Shown piece by piece: positions 19,410 to 29,907 of a DNA stretch of 64,000 nucleotides. The DNA comes from a bacterium (lineage in GTDB: Bacteria > Bdellovibrionota_C > UBA2361 > CALJRW01), in assembly GCA_031385045.1 (NCBI GenBank), contig JANNBC010000024.1:192001-256000 (forward strand). The letters are read 5' to 3'. Below the pieces are notes generated by a model. It did no database searches. It was not told the origin of the DNA and saw nothing but the letters and a program-made list of their open reading frames with translations. The stretch's first letter is position 1. Each line of letters opens with the position of its first letter. The translations under genes and the position numbers were made by a program.

Positions 19410-20385
19410 ACTTAATCAACAACAAGCTATCCAAAAATTAAATCAGGCAGGTGAAACCGCTCAGCCATTTTTTGTGCTTGCTGATTTTAGTGGAACTTCC
19501 TTTGAGATTTGGGAAAAAGCAGAATTAGCGCAACAGAAAATATTGGTTAACTTTCCTAATTTTAAAAATTTCAATAAACCCGAACTCCCGATCGGCAATC
19601 CTCAAATTAACTTAATTGATCAGTTATCACTAAAAGATTATCAAAAAGCTTTTCAGAAAGTTCAAGAATATTTACAACGCGGTGATACCTACTTATGTAA
19701 TTTAACCTTCGCCCAAAAAATTAAACTTTCGCTCTCCTTAGAAGATGTCTTTTATCAGGCCGATGCGCGATTTAAAATTTATTACCCAGGAAATTTTGTT
19801 TGTTTCTCCCCGGAAATTTTTGTAGAGACAAAAAATAATAAGATTTATACTTATCCAATGAAAGGAACTTTTGATTCAGAGGAACCAGAGACACTTGCTA
19901 CCAATAAGGAACTTGCCGAACATGCTACCGTTGTAGATTTACTTCGTAATGACTTGTCTTTGGTCGCTGAGAAAGTCCAAGTAGAGAATTATCGCTATTT
20001 TGAAGAGATTAAAACGCCAACAGGAGAGAAATATCTGCAATCTAGTTCCCAAATTAGTGGCTTACTTCCCCATAACTGGCAAAGCGAACTTGGTACTATT
20101 TTTACTAAACTCTTACCTGCTGGATCAGTTACTGGTGCTCCCAAGCAAAAAACAATCCAAGTTATTCAAGAAGTTGAGCAGTATCCTCGAAGATTTTATA
20201 CGGGCACCGCTGGTTACTTTGATGGTAGTAATTTTATTTCCTGTGTTTTAATTCGCTTTATTGAAGAATCAGAAAAAGGCTTAGTTTTTAAATCTGGGGG
20301 TGGAATTACCGCAGAAAGTGAACTAACCGCTGAGTATCAAGAATTAATTAGTAAAATTTATGTCCCAATTTCTGGAAAGTATTAA
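19402..20385 (+). CDS. pabB: aminodeoxychorismate synthase component I (short form)
   Basis: FSPE.F, PMKGT, EH...VDLLRNDL, PAGSVTGAPK, SGGGIT; located in folate operon. Confidence 0.9.
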   Translation: MLKLNQQQAIQKLNQAGETAQPFFVLADFSGTSFEIWEKAELAQQKILVNFPNFKNFNKPELPIGNPQINLIDQLSLKDYQKAFQKVQEYLQRGDTYLCNLTFAQKIKLSLSLEDVFYQADARFKIYYPGNFVCFSPEIFVETKNNKIYTYPMKGTFDSEEPETLATNKELAEHATVVDLLRNDLSLVAEKVQVENYRYFEEIKTPTGEKYLQSSSQISGLLPHNWQSELGTIFTKLLPAGSVTGAPKQKTIQVIQEVEQYPRRFYTGTAGYFDGSNFISCVLIRFIEESEKGLVFKSGGGITAESELTAEYQELISKIYVPISGKY

Positions 20386-20968
20386 GATACTTAATTGTCT
20401 GCCGATTAATTTAACTTGGCATCAAGCTCGAGTAAATTATACTTTTCAAAATTTCTTTCCAGAATCAACTCCTTGGGATCTAACGGAGCTTATAAATCCA
20501 AAAGACTTACGGCAAGATTTAACTTATAAATGCCGATTTACTTTTAACAATCAACTGCGGAAAATTGAATATCTGCCCTACACTTCTGTTCGCCATGAAC
20601 GATTTAAATTGATCGATATTGGAGATTACGAATATCAATTTAAATATAGCGATCGTAGCTTCTTTCAACATCTAGCCCAAGCAAACCCTAACTATGATCA
20701 ATTAATTTTGATTAGGCATGGCCTGGTGACTGACTGTACTTATGCTAACTTAGTTTTCGAGAATCAAAAGGGATTCTATACCCCCAGAATACCACTCTTA
20801 CCTGGAGTTCTTCGTGCCAAATTATTAGCAACAGGAAAATTGCAGTTAGCTGATATTCGCCCAAAAGACCTAGAAATTTATCAAAATTTTTATTTAATTA
20901 ATGCACTAATCGGGGAAGATCTAAAAAGCCCCTATTCAATTAAACTGATTGATCGATCGGCTTATTAA
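20360..20968 (+). CDS. pabC: aminotransferase class IV / 4-amino-4-deoxychorismate lyase
   Basis: H..R, K..DR, TD...ANL, TP..PLLPGV.R, LINAL motifs; overlaps pabB. Confidence 0.85.
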   Translation: MSQFLESIKILNCLPINLTWHQARVNYTFQNFFPESTPWDLTELINPKDLRQDLTYKCRFTFNNQLRKIEYLPYTSVRHERFKLIDIGDYEYQFKYSDRSFFQHLAQANPNYDQLILIRHGLVTDCTYANLVFENQKGFYTPRIPLLPGVLRAKLLATGKLQLADIRPKDLEIYQNFYLINALIGEDLKSPYSIKLIDRSAY

Positions 20969-21830
20969 TTCTCAAGTTATAATGGTAAGAACAATTTTTA
21001 GAACAAGTTTGAAATTTCTCAGTTGGCTGGCAACGATCGCAAATTTTTGCAACTCCAGAACACTCTTTACAGGTTGTCACTAATCTTCCAGGATTACCAC
21101 AATGCGGACAAAGATGAACTACTTGGCTTGGTTCTAAGTTTTGATTTAGAGCAACGCGATGATCGAAAACAAAACAATCACCCTTAAACTTATGATTGGG
21201 ATACTCTTCCAAATATTTTAAGATTCCACCTTCTAACTGATAAACGCTCTCGTATCCCTGTGATTGCATTTCATAAATAGCTTTCTCACAGCGAATACCA
21301 CCAGTGCAAAACATTAAGACTTTTTTATTCTTAGGGATTGCTGAATTGCGAACATAGTCAGGGAACTCACTAAACATTTTTAGTTTTGGGTCGATCGCCC
21401 CCTCAAACGTTCCTAGTTCAACCTCATAATCATTTCGAGTATCAATCAAAACGTAATCTTCTGTCGCCAAGGTTTGATTCCACTCTGTTGGAGTTAAATG
21501 ATTATTATTAGTTGCCGCGAAATAATCTTCATTTTTAATGGTAACAATTTCTGGTCGAAGTTTGACTTTAAATCTCTTGAAAGGCTTCTTCTCTGCCTTA
21601 CTATGTTTAAAAATGATCCCAGTAAATTCTGGAATTGCCAGCAATTGTTTTTTAAATCTTTCTAATATTTCTGGCTCGGCCGACATTGTGGCATTAATAC
21701 CTTCTGGGCCTAAGATCACTAAACCAAACAAATGGTTAGTTACTGCCCAATTAGTTAAAATAGATTTAACTTCTTGAACTCGATTGGAGGGAAGGCGAAC
21801 AAATTTATAAAAAGCAATAATTGAATACAT
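20940..21830 (-). CDS. trhO: rhodanese-domain tRNA uridine(34) hydroxylase
   Basis: EGINAT, DTRNDYE..GTF, FCTGGIRCEK, GGILKYLE, FVFDHR, C-terminal Cys cluster. Confidence 0.92.
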   Translation of the reverse strand: MYSIIAFYKFVRLPSNRVQEVKSILTNWAVTNHLFGLVILGPEGINATMSAEPEILERFKKQLLAIPEFTGIIFKHSKAEKKPFKRFKVKLRPEIVTIKNEDYFAATNNNHLTPTEWNQTLATEDYVLIDTRNDYEVELGTFEGAIDPKLKMFSEFPDYVRNSAIPKNKKVLMFCTGGIRCEKAIYEMQSQGYESVYQLEGGILKYLEEYPNHKFKGDCFVFDHRVALNQNLEPSQVVHLCPHCGNPGRLVTTCKECSGVAKICDRCQPTEKFQTCSKNCSYHYNLRINKPIDQSV

Positions 21831-21966
21831 GTTATTTATTACTGATTTTAGTAAAAATATCCTGCTTAGTAAAGTAACAGAGGCATGTAATAGATCTCCC
21901 TAAAATTATCAGCTAATTAAACGGAAGCAGAGAAGAAAACAAAGAATGCCTGATTCTTGTAAGTAA

Positions 21967-23448
21967 TTATTGAATTTGCCAATCAGAAATTAAGGGATCA
22001 GATCCAACTTGGACTTCTTTGAAATCAGAAATTCCATCTCGATCGGTATCAAATTTCAATGGATCAATTCCAATTGTGATTTCTAATCCATCATTCAAAC
22101 CATCTAAATCACTATCTATCCTTGCTGGATTAGATTCGATGGAAAGTTCATATTGATCACTTAAACCATCAAGGTCCGAGTCAATTGGCTGACTATTAAC
22201 TTCTAAAGGATCACTACCACTAAGATCCTCTAAACCATCCTTAATTCCATCTCCATCAGAATCAGCATTTTTAGCATCGGTGCCAATGTTATTTTCGATT
22301 TGGTTACTTAAACCATCTAAATCATCATCAACTCTAGCAAACCTAGTAGCCAATTTAGATTGAGCCAGCGGAGGAGTACTTTGAAAATCAGTCGCACTAC
22401 TTCCATAGTAATTTTCTAATGAATCAGAATATCCATCATGATCGGCGTCTTCAAAAGATTCGCTATTATCTGCACAAGCTGGATCTTGTTTATTTCCAAT
22501 CCAATTGCAGTCCGTCTGATCATCTCTTGCTATCGGACTAACCGCTATTGAGTTTTTCTTTTGCTGATTTTGTAAACTAATTAACCCATCTAGAATTTCT
22601 TGCCCTAAATTTGAAGTAGTCGAGGCACTATTAGATCGAGCGGCAGCAGTAGTAATTGAGCCTGGCTCGCGAATTGTTCCTCTAAAAATATTGCTAGTGC
22701 CTAAAGTATATAAAGTAGCATCTTCCGCCAATGTGATTATAACTGTCTCACTATCATCAACTTCAGAGTCTGCTAATGCTGACACTGTAATCACAGCCTC
22801 TGTATCTCCGGCTAGAATTACTAGTGGCGAATCATCAATTTCATAATCAGTATTAAGCGTTGCTCGCCCTTTAACAGTAAAGGCAACTTCTAGATCTTCA
22901 GTTAAGGCTTCACTTAGAGAAACAACAACATCTAAATCAGTCCCCTCTTCCCAAGCATCAGCCTCGATATCAAAAGCTACTTCTGGCAAACTACCTGTAG
23001 TATCTTCCGAGATAGTTAATGTATGAGTAAATTTAGTCCCTAGATCAGCGCCAGTAGGCGTCCCTAAAGTAATAATTAAAGTTTCATCGTCCTCCACTAT
23101 TTTATCACCAACAACTGTTACAGTGATCGCTGTGGATGTAGAACCGGCAGCAATCGTTAATGGTGAAGCTGAAATTGTAAAATCTGAAGTTAAGGTTGCC
23201 GTACCACTTAGCGTATATGGAATAGTGACATCACTATCTGAGGCCACAGAAAGTGTCACATTAATATTAACCGTTCCAGTTTCTCCATTACTAGCCGAGG
23301 ACGCACTTGCAAAATTAATGGTTGGCTTATCACTATCTGTTGCTGTTGATTGTGCCGCAAAATTATAACTATCTCGACAAGCATCAGTTCCAAATAAAAA
23401 AGGAAGGACTAGAAAAAACAAGATCCATTTTAAATTCACTTTAGTCAT
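21967..23448 (-). CDS. surface/secreted protein with two Calx-beta-like domains and Asp-rich Ca-binding repeats
   Basis: Signal peptide ending in Cys; two (V)EDDETxIITL beta-sandwich units; repeated DxDxDGLSDxxE...GxDP. Confidence 0.82.
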   Translation of the reverse strand: MTKVNLKWILFFLVLPFLFGTDACRDSYNFAAQSTATDSDKPTINFASASSASNGETGTVNINVTLSVASDSDVTIPYTLSGTATLTSDFTISASPLTIAAGSTSTAITVTVVGDKIVEDDETLIITLGTPTGADLGTKFTHTLTISEDTTGSLPEVAFDIEADAWEEGTDLDVVVSLSEALTEDLEVAFTVKGRATLNTDYEIDDSPLVILAGDTEAVITVSALADSEVDDSETVIITLAEDATLYTLGTSNIFRGTIREPGSITTAAARSNSASTTSNLGQEILDGLISLQNQQKKNSIAVSPIARDDQTDCNWIGNKQDPACADNSESFEDADHDGYSDSLENYYGSSATDFQSTPPLAQSKLATRFARVDDDLDGLSNQIENNIGTDAKNADSDGDGIKDGLEDLSGSDPLEVNSQPIDSDLDGLSDQYELSIESNPARIDSDLDGLNDGLEITIGIDPLKFDTDRDGISDFKEVQVGSDPLISDWQIQ

Positions 23449-23525
23449 AAGATATCTGAGGATTAGATTTTTTAACTTACTTGAGAATCTTTAAAATAGA
23501 TCCCAAGTTACTTACTTAGTTAAGC

Positions 23526-24749
23526 TCATACTATAGTTTTAGATTGCTTTTGGAACAAGTCACTAGTAAGAAAATATAGTAAGACTAAAGAGGCTCCAAA
23601 TTGGGGCAATCGCAGTAATGTTTGACCAGTTCGACTGGACCATTTCTGAGATATTTCAGTTATATTCCAATTGGTAAAATATCCTAATAAACTTCCATGG
23701 GTGTCAGAAATTGAGTACTCAACAAGATATGTGATGCTAATTACTACTAACCAACAGTAAATAACTAGTCGTAAATCTCGACTAGCAAAGGCCATAATTA
23801 CCGCTATGAGGGGAAGTGACCAAAAGGCATATTGGGGGCCATAGCCTGAACCTAAATTAGGAATCATTAACAAAATAATGGCGGAAAAAAGAAAAATTCT
23901 GGGTAAAGCTATTGTTCTTACTCTGATAAAATAAAAACTTGCTCCGATTGAAACTAGAAGTAAAAAAACAAAAAATATTTTTTGATAAACTAATACAAAT
24001 TCCTTTTCTCCAAAAAGATATAGGAGGCCAGTAACGCCATAAAAGCCAGGATAAGATCGATAAGCGATCACGTGATCGATCGTTGTTTGAGGTGATAAGT
24101 AATATAGATAAGAAATACTTAGTAAGGTTGGAAATAATAAAAGAGCTACACCAAAGATTAATATTTTAAGCTTTAGTTTTTTAATATTACACAGTAGCAA
24201 CGGAGCAAGAATTAATGGGATCGTTTTAGTTAATATTCCTAAACCTAAATAAGCGCACCCCCGCAACCAGTCACTTGGCTTAGCTAATTCTTGATAAGAA
24301 GCTAAACTACTCAGCCCTAAAAAGACAAATAACCCCACTAAGACATCAAAATTACAATGAACTGTGACAAGGATTAAGGGAATTGGACAAAGAATATAAA
24401 TTAAAATTAATTCTTGAACTGAATCCTTGCTATAGTTCTTGACTAAAAATCGATAAGAAATAAATAACAAACTAGCTTCTGTTAGAACTAAGAAGAATCT
24501 AATTAAAAAAACTAAATTGAGCTTGGTCAAGTTAGCGATATAATCCAAGATGACTAAAGTAAATGGCCAAAAAGGTGGCCAGTTAAGGTGGTTAGTCTCG
24601 GCATAGGGATTACCACCCTGTTGCCAAACAGTAATTACGCGTACCCAAAAGAGATGATCCAAAGAACGAATTTCACTATTAAAAACAACAAGTGCCAAAA
24701 TTCGAGTAAAGAGATAACTAATTATTAGAAAGTTGGTACTTTTTAGCAT
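23526..24749 (-). CDS. GT-C fold membrane glycosyltransferase (GT87-like)
   Basis: NPY...NWPP, HCNFD, LGILTKTIP, PQYAFW; polytopic. Confidence 0.75.
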   Translation of the reverse strand: MLKSTNFLIISYLFTRILALVVFNSEIRSLDHLFWVRVITVWQQGGNPYAETNHLNWPPFWPFTLVILDYIANLTKLNLVFLIRFFLVLTEASLLFISYRFLVKNYSKDSVQELILIYILCPIPLILVTVHCNFDVLVGLFVFLGLSSLASYQELAKPSDWLRGCAYLGLGILTKTIPLILAPLLLCNIKKLKLKILIFGVALLLFPTLLSISYLYYLSPQTTIDHVIAYRSYPGFYGVTGLLYLFGEKEFVLVYQKIFFVFLLLVSIGASFYFIRVRTIALPRIFLFSAIILLMIPNLGSGYGPQYAFWSLPLIAVIMAFASRDLRLVIYCWLVVISITYLVEYSISDTHGSLLGYFTNWNITEISQKWSSRTGQTLLRLPQFGASLVLLYFLTSDLFQKQSKTIV

Positions 24750-24981
24750 TAAATGATGAGAAGAAATCTCTTATTATAAAATTGTTTAATCTAGAAAGAC
24801 GATTATTGAAAAATCTTAGTACAACTTTGGTATACTAATTAGCCGATTTCCATTGAAAATTCAGCTATCTAAAAGCTTTACAGTCCCCATATACAAGTAT
24901 AATATAGCCTAAGTCTTTACTGACTGAGGAGGGTTCTTTCATTAATTTTCCTCTAATTCATTTAATCTAACAACTACCAAT

Positions 24982-25593
24982 ATGGCTCACGAACTTCCAA
25001 ACTTACCTTATGACTATAACGCCCTTGAACCTCATCTTGATGAACAAACAATGCGTTTACACCATGACATTCACCATTTAGGCTATGTAAATGGCTTAAA
25101 CAAGGCAGAAGCTGAACTTGCTAAAGCCCGAGAAAATAACGATTTTGCTTTAGTGAAACACTGGGAGCGTGAATTAGCATTCCACGGGGCTGGTCACTTC
25201 TTACATTGTATCTTCTGGGAAAACATGGCTCCAAATGCTGGTGGCCAAGCAACTGGAAAGCTTAATGATGCTATCACTAAAAAATTTGGTAGTTATGATA
25301 AATTTATTGCTCAGTTTAAAGCTGCGGGAACAGCGGTGGAAGGTTCTGGTTGGGTACTTTTAACTCATAACTGTTTAACAGGTGAGTTGGAAATCTTGAC
25401 TGCGGAAAAACACCAAGATCTTGCTCAGTGGGTTGCTCATCCGATCTTAGTTTGTGATGTTTGGGAGCACGCCTATTACTTAAAGTATCAAAATAAACGT
25501 GCAGCTTACTTAGAAGCATTTGTTAATGTCATTAACTGGACAGATGTTTCTGCTCGCTTTGAAAAATGTCTCAGCAAAAGCTGTTGCAAATAA
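24982..25593 (+). CDS. sodA: Fe/Mn superoxide dismutase (metal not determinable)
   Basis: LPYDYNALEP, HHDIHH, DVWEHAYY. Confidence 0.95.
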   Translation: MAHELPNLPYDYNALEPHLDEQTMRLHHDIHHLGYVNGLNKAEAELAKARENNDFALVKHWERELAFHGAGHFLHCIFWENMAPNAGGQATGKLNDAITKKFGSYDKFIAQFKAAGTAVEGSGWVLLTHNCLTGELEILTAEKHQDLAQWVAHPILVCDVWEHAYYLKYQNKRAAYLEAFVNVINWTDVSARFEKCLSKSCCK

Positions 25594-25601
25594 TTATCTG
25601 G

Positions 25602-25629
25602 GGGTGAAGACTCCATGCAGTCTTCACCC
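25602..25629 (+). terminator. 11-bp hairpin after SOD (terminator or mRNA-stabilising stem)
   Basis: gggtgaagact-ccatgc-agtcttcaccc; no adjacent U-tract. Confidence 0.55.
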
Positions 25630-25674
25630 AGCTAGCCACTTAAAATTCTTTTATCCTCTACCTTCGATTTAAAA

Positions 25675-28305
25675 ATGTCCTTACCAAATAAATTTGATTC
25701 CAAAGTATCCGAAAAATCTCTTCAAGAAATTTGGGAAACTAATAAAACCTATAAATGGGAAGAAAAATCCCAAGAAGAATCATTTATTGTCGATACTCCC
25801 CCGCCAACAGTCTCAGGCTCATTACATTTAGGACACGTCTTTAGCTATACACAGACTGATATTGTTACTCGCTTTCAAAGGATGATTGGCAAAAATGTTT
25901 TTTATCCAATGGGCTGGGATGATAATGGGCTACCAACTGAACGTCGTGTTCAGAATTTTTTTGGGATAAAATGTAATCCTAACGTTAAAGATCAAGCTGA
26001 CTTTAAGCCAAACTATAATTTCGATCCTAAAAAAGATCAGGTAGTTGAAGTTTCTAGAAAAGATTTTATTTCCGCCTGTGTGGAATTAACTACCAAGGAT
26101 GAAGTTGCCTATGAAGCCATGTGGCGTAGATTAGGACTTTCTGTTGATTGGACTCAGACTTATTCTACAATTGATCCCCACTCTCAGAAGATTTCTCAAT
26201 TATCATTTTTAGATTTAGCGAAAAATAACCAAGTCTATAACCTAGAATCTCCGACAATGTGGGATGTTGATTTTCAATCCGCGATTGCTCAGGCTGAGTT
26301 AGAAGATCGGGAACGACCAGGTGCCTTTCATGATCTAAAATTTCAGATGGAATCTGGGGATGAATTTATTATTGCCACAACTCGCCCTGAATTATTACCA
26401 GCTTGTATCGCTGTTGTTGCACATCCAAGCGATCTACGTTACCAAAAGTTTTTTGGCAAAACGGCGATAACGCCACTTTTCTATGCCCCTGTTCCAGTAT
26501 TAGCATCAGAGCATGCTGAACCAGATAAAGGTAGCGGGATCATGATGATCTGTACCTTCGGAGATATTAACGATGTGCAGTGGTGGAAGTCCTCGCAACT
26601 TCCAATTAAACAAGTAATTAATCTGCAAGGAATTATTCGCCCAGTTACTTTTGGAGAAGATGCATTTGTAAGTATTAAACCAGATATAGCTAACTCTAAT
26701 TACCAACAATTGGTTGGTCTTTATTTAAAACAAGCACAGAAAAAAATTGTGGAACTTTTGGCTCAGCCAGATTCAGCAATAGATGGAAAGTCGGCAGCAT
26801 TATTTGCTGAACCAAAGGCGATTACTCATTCCGTAAAATTCTATGAAAAAGGCGATCGTCCCTTAGAATTTATTCCAACTAGGCAATGGTTTATTAAAAC
26901 ATTAGATCACAAAGAAGCTTTATTAGAACAAGGCACTAAGATTAATTGGCACCCCGAGCATATGCGCGTGCGTTATGAAAATTGGGTTAAAGGATTAAAT
27001 CAAGATTGGTGTGTTAGTCGTCAAAGATATTTTGGAGTTCCCTTTCCAGTCTGGTATCCAATAAATGCCCTAGGTGAAGTTAATTATACTCAGCCACTTT
27101 ATGCGGAAGCTCAAGATTTGCCAGTAGATCCAATGAGCCAAGTGCCGAAAGGATTTACTGAATCACAACGTGGTCAAGCAAATGGTTTTATCGGAGATCC
27201 TGACGTGATGGATACTTGGGCAACTTCCTCATTAACCCCACAGCTCTCTAGTCATTGGGGATCAAACGCAGAACGTCATCAGAAATTATTTCCCGCTAAC
27301 ATCAGACCACAAGCGCATGAAATTATTCGTACTTGGGCTTTCTATACGATAGTTAAATCTTGGCAACACTTTGGAGAGATTCCTTGGAAAGATATCTTAA
27401 TTAGCGGTTGGGTTCTTGATCCCGAACGTAAAAAAATGAGTAAGTCTAAAGGTAACGTGATTACTCCAGAAAGTTTATTCGATGAGTATTCTCCTGATGC
27501 TATTAGATATTGGACTGCCAAGGCTAGACTGGGAGCAGACACCGCAATTGAAGAAGCTATTTTTAAAATGGGTGGAAAGCTTTGTACCAAAATCTTCAAT
27601 GCTTCCAAGTTTGTCCTAATGCAATTTGAAAGAATTAATTTAGATATCAAAGATTACAATTTAGCTGATATTAATTGTGAGTTGGATCGCGCCTTAGTAG
27701 CAAATCTACAAGAAGTGATTGCGGAAAGTTCTAAAGCACTAGAAAACTTTGAGTACACAACCGCTTTAAAATTAATTGAAGACGCCTTTTGGGATTTCTG
27801 TGATAATTACTTAGAGTTAGTAAAGGTTAGATCGTACCAAGATGATAATAATCCCGAACGAAAATCAGCGATGTCGGCCTTGGCCTGGAGCTTAAAAACA
27901 TTTTTAAAATTATTTGCGCCTTTTGTCCCTTATGTCACAGAAGAAGTTTGGCAAGAAAGCTTTAAAGATGGCAAGAATCCAGCAATTCATAAATCTACCT
28001 GGCCGACGACAAATGAAGCTAGTAATGTTTTAAAACCAAGTTACTCCAAAGCTTATTCCTCAGCGACGGAAGTGATCAGTAAAGTCCGTGGGGTAAAAAC
28101 AGCCTCACAAAAAAGCCTTAAATGGGAGATTGCGGAATTAAATATTGCCTGCAACGCTGAAGCTCAACAAGCCTTGGAGTCTGTTATCGATGATTTATTA
28201 CAAGCAGCCAATGTTAAAGATCAAGGCCTAGTCTTTACCGCAACAAGCAATCAAGAAACTGAACTTCAAGTCTCAGTAATTTTATCTGAGAACTGGAGTC
28301 AATAA
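25675..28305 (+). CDS. valS: valine--tRNA ligase
   Basis: DTPPPTVSGSLHLGH, GWDDNGLPTER, DWCVSRQR, KMSKS. Confidence 0.96.
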   Translation: MSLPNKFDSKVSEKSLQEIWETNKTYKWEEKSQEESFIVDTPPPTVSGSLHLGHVFSYTQTDIVTRFQRMIGKNVFYPMGWDDNGLPTERRVQNFFGIKCNPNVKDQADFKPNYNFDPKKDQVVEVSRKDFISACVELTTKDEVAYEAMWRRLGLSVDWTQTYSTIDPHSQKISQLSFLDLAKNNQVYNLESPTMWDVDFQSAIAQAELEDRERPGAFHDLKFQMESGDEFIIATTRPELLPACIAVVAHPSDLRYQKFFGKTAITPLFYAPVPVLASEHAEPDKGSGIMMICTFGDINDVQWWKSSQLPIKQVINLQGIIRPVTFGEDAFVSIKPDIANSNYQQLVGLYLKQAQKKIVELLAQPDSAIDGKSAALFAEPKAITHSVKFYEKGDRPLEFIPTRQWFIKTLDHKEALLEQGTKINWHPEHMRVRYENWVKGLNQDWCVSRQRYFGVPFPVWYPINALGEVNYTQPLYAEAQDLPVDPMSQVPKGFTESQRGQANGFIGDPDVMDTWATSSLTPQLSSHWGSNAERHQKLFPANIRPQAHEIIRTWAFYTIVKSWQHFGEIPWKDILISGWVLDPERKKMSKSKGNVITPESLFDEYSPDAIRYWTAKARLGADTAIEEAIFKMGGKLCTKIFNASKFVLMQFERINLDIKDYNLADINCELDRALVANLQEVIAESSKALENFEYTTALKLIEDAFWDFCDNYLELVKVRSYQDDNNPERKSAMSALAWSLKTFLKLFAPFVPYVTEEVWQESFKDGKNPAIHKSTWPTTNEASNVLKPSYSKAYSSATEVISKVRGVKTASQKSLKWEIAELNIACNAEAQQALESVIDDLLQAANVKDQGLVFTATSNQETELQVSVILSENWSQ

Positions 28306-29873
28306 TGACTGATATGCAAATTTTAGTTGGCATAAACCAAGAGGGAGAAAAAGTTTGTTTACATACTAAAATGGCCAATCGCCATGGTCTGATTGCTGGT
28401 GCAACGGGGACTGGAAAAACAGTTACACTGCAAGTCCTGGCAGAAGCTTTTTCTAATTTAGGAGTTCCAGTTTTTACTGCTGACGTAAAAGGAGATCTGG
28501 CCGGTCTTTGTAAATCAGGAACACTAAGCAATAGAATTCAAGAGAGACTAGAATTAGTTAAGCTGGAAAATTTTCAACTGCAACCTTCACCTGTAATTTT
28601 CTGGGACTTACTCCAAAAGAATGGTCATCCTGTGCGCACCACAATTTCAGAGATGGGACCAGCGCTACTATCACGCTTAATGGATCTAAATGATACGCAA
28701 GAAGGCATTATCCAAATTGCCTTTAAGTATGCCGATGATGAAAATCTTTTATTACTAGATCTAAAAGATCTCCAAGAGTTACTACGCTGGTTATCAGATC
28801 ATAGCGATGAAATTAAAATGAATTATGGCAATGTTAATCCAACTTCAGTTGCCGCAATCCAAAGAGATCTACTAGTACTGGAACAAAGTGGCGCTATTAA
28901 TTTTTTTGCTGAACCAGCGCTGGAAATTAAAGACTTACTGAGGAAAGACCTTTCCGGTAAAGGAATAATTAATATCTTAGATGCGAGCACTCTGCTTCAA
29001 GATGGGCGCCTTTACTCAACTTTTTTGCTCTGGCTCCTGTCCGAGCTTTTCGAAAATTTACCAGAAATTGGAGATCAGGAATTACCAAAGCTCGTTTTCT
29101 TTTTTGACGAAGCACATTTATTATTTAATGATGCGCCCAAGGCATTACTAGAAAAAATTGAACTTGTTGTGCGACTAATCAGATCAAAAGGTGTGGGTAT
29201 ATATTTTGTCACTCAAAATCCTAAGGATTTACCAGAGATTATCCTAGCCCAACTTGGTAACCGCTTTCAGCACGCACTCCGCGCTTACACCCCAGCGGAG
29301 CAAAAGGGAATTAAAGTTGCCTCAGAATCTTTTCGAGCAAATCCTAAATTTAAAACCGAAGAAGCAATCACAAATTTAGAAATTGGACAGGCCTTAGTTT
29401 CTGTTTTAGATCTCCAAGGCGCCCCAACCATCGTAGAAAAAACTTTCATTGCTCCGCCACATTCTAGACTAGGAACAATTAGTCCTGAAGAGCGAACTAG
29501 TATTATCAGCGCATCTCCACTGACAGATAAGTATCTTAAATCGGTAGATCGAGAATCTGCTTATGAGGTTCTTAAAAAGAAGATGGAAGCAATTTCAGTT
29601 GAGGCTCCCCCAAAGCCAACAGGCCGAACAAAAGATAGTGTCCTAGCTAGTACTAGTAAATCATTTATTCGCTCCATGGCATCAACTATCGGGCGCATTT
29701 TAGTTGGAGTCTTAGTTGGTATTTTCCTTGGCAATAAATCTTCCAGTAGCAAAAGAAGCAAGAGTGTTTCAGAACAAGTAACTAGAACGGTTGGAAGTAG
29801 TGTTAAAAGAACAATTAGTAATCAAATTGGCACTCGCATTGCTCGTGGCGTTTTAGGATCGATTCTTAAATAA
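28305..29873 (+). CDS. DUF853/YjgR HerA-like ATPase
   Basis: NRHGLIAGATGTGKT, FFFDEAHLLF, RLIRSKGVG, QHALRA. Confidence 0.92.
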   Translation: MTDMQILVGINQEGEKVCLHTKMANRHGLIAGATGTGKTVTLQVLAEAFSNLGVPVFTADVKGDLAGLCKSGTLSNRIQERLELVKLENFQLQPSPVIFWDLLQKNGHPVRTTISEMGPALLSRLMDLNDTQEGIIQIAFKYADDENLLLLDLKDLQELLRWLSDHSDEIKMNYGNVNPTSVAAIQRDLLVLEQSGAINFFAEPALEIKDLLRKDLSGKGIINILDASTLLQDGRLYSTFLLWLLSELFENLPEIGDQELPKLVFFFDEAHLLFNDAPKALLEKIELVVRLIRSKGVGIYFVTQNPKDLPEIILAQLGNRFQHALRAYTPAEQKGIKVASESFRANPKFKTEEAITNLEIGQALVSVLDLQGAPTIVEKTFIAPPHSRLGTISPEERTSIISASPLTDKYLKSVDRESAYEVLKKKMEAISVEAPPKPTGRTKDSVLASTSKSFIRSMASTIGRILVGVLVGIFLGNKSSSSKRSKSVSEQVTRTVGSSVKRTISNQIGTRIARGVLGSILK

Positions 29874-29907
29874 TCGATCAAGGGATTTAAAATTTATTTG
29901 AGCTACC

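Noticed and set aside
21967..22450. Periodic DNA similarity (aaaccatc...) suggesting a repeat array
   Set aside because: Explained by protein-level DxDxDGLSD repeats in the coding sequence
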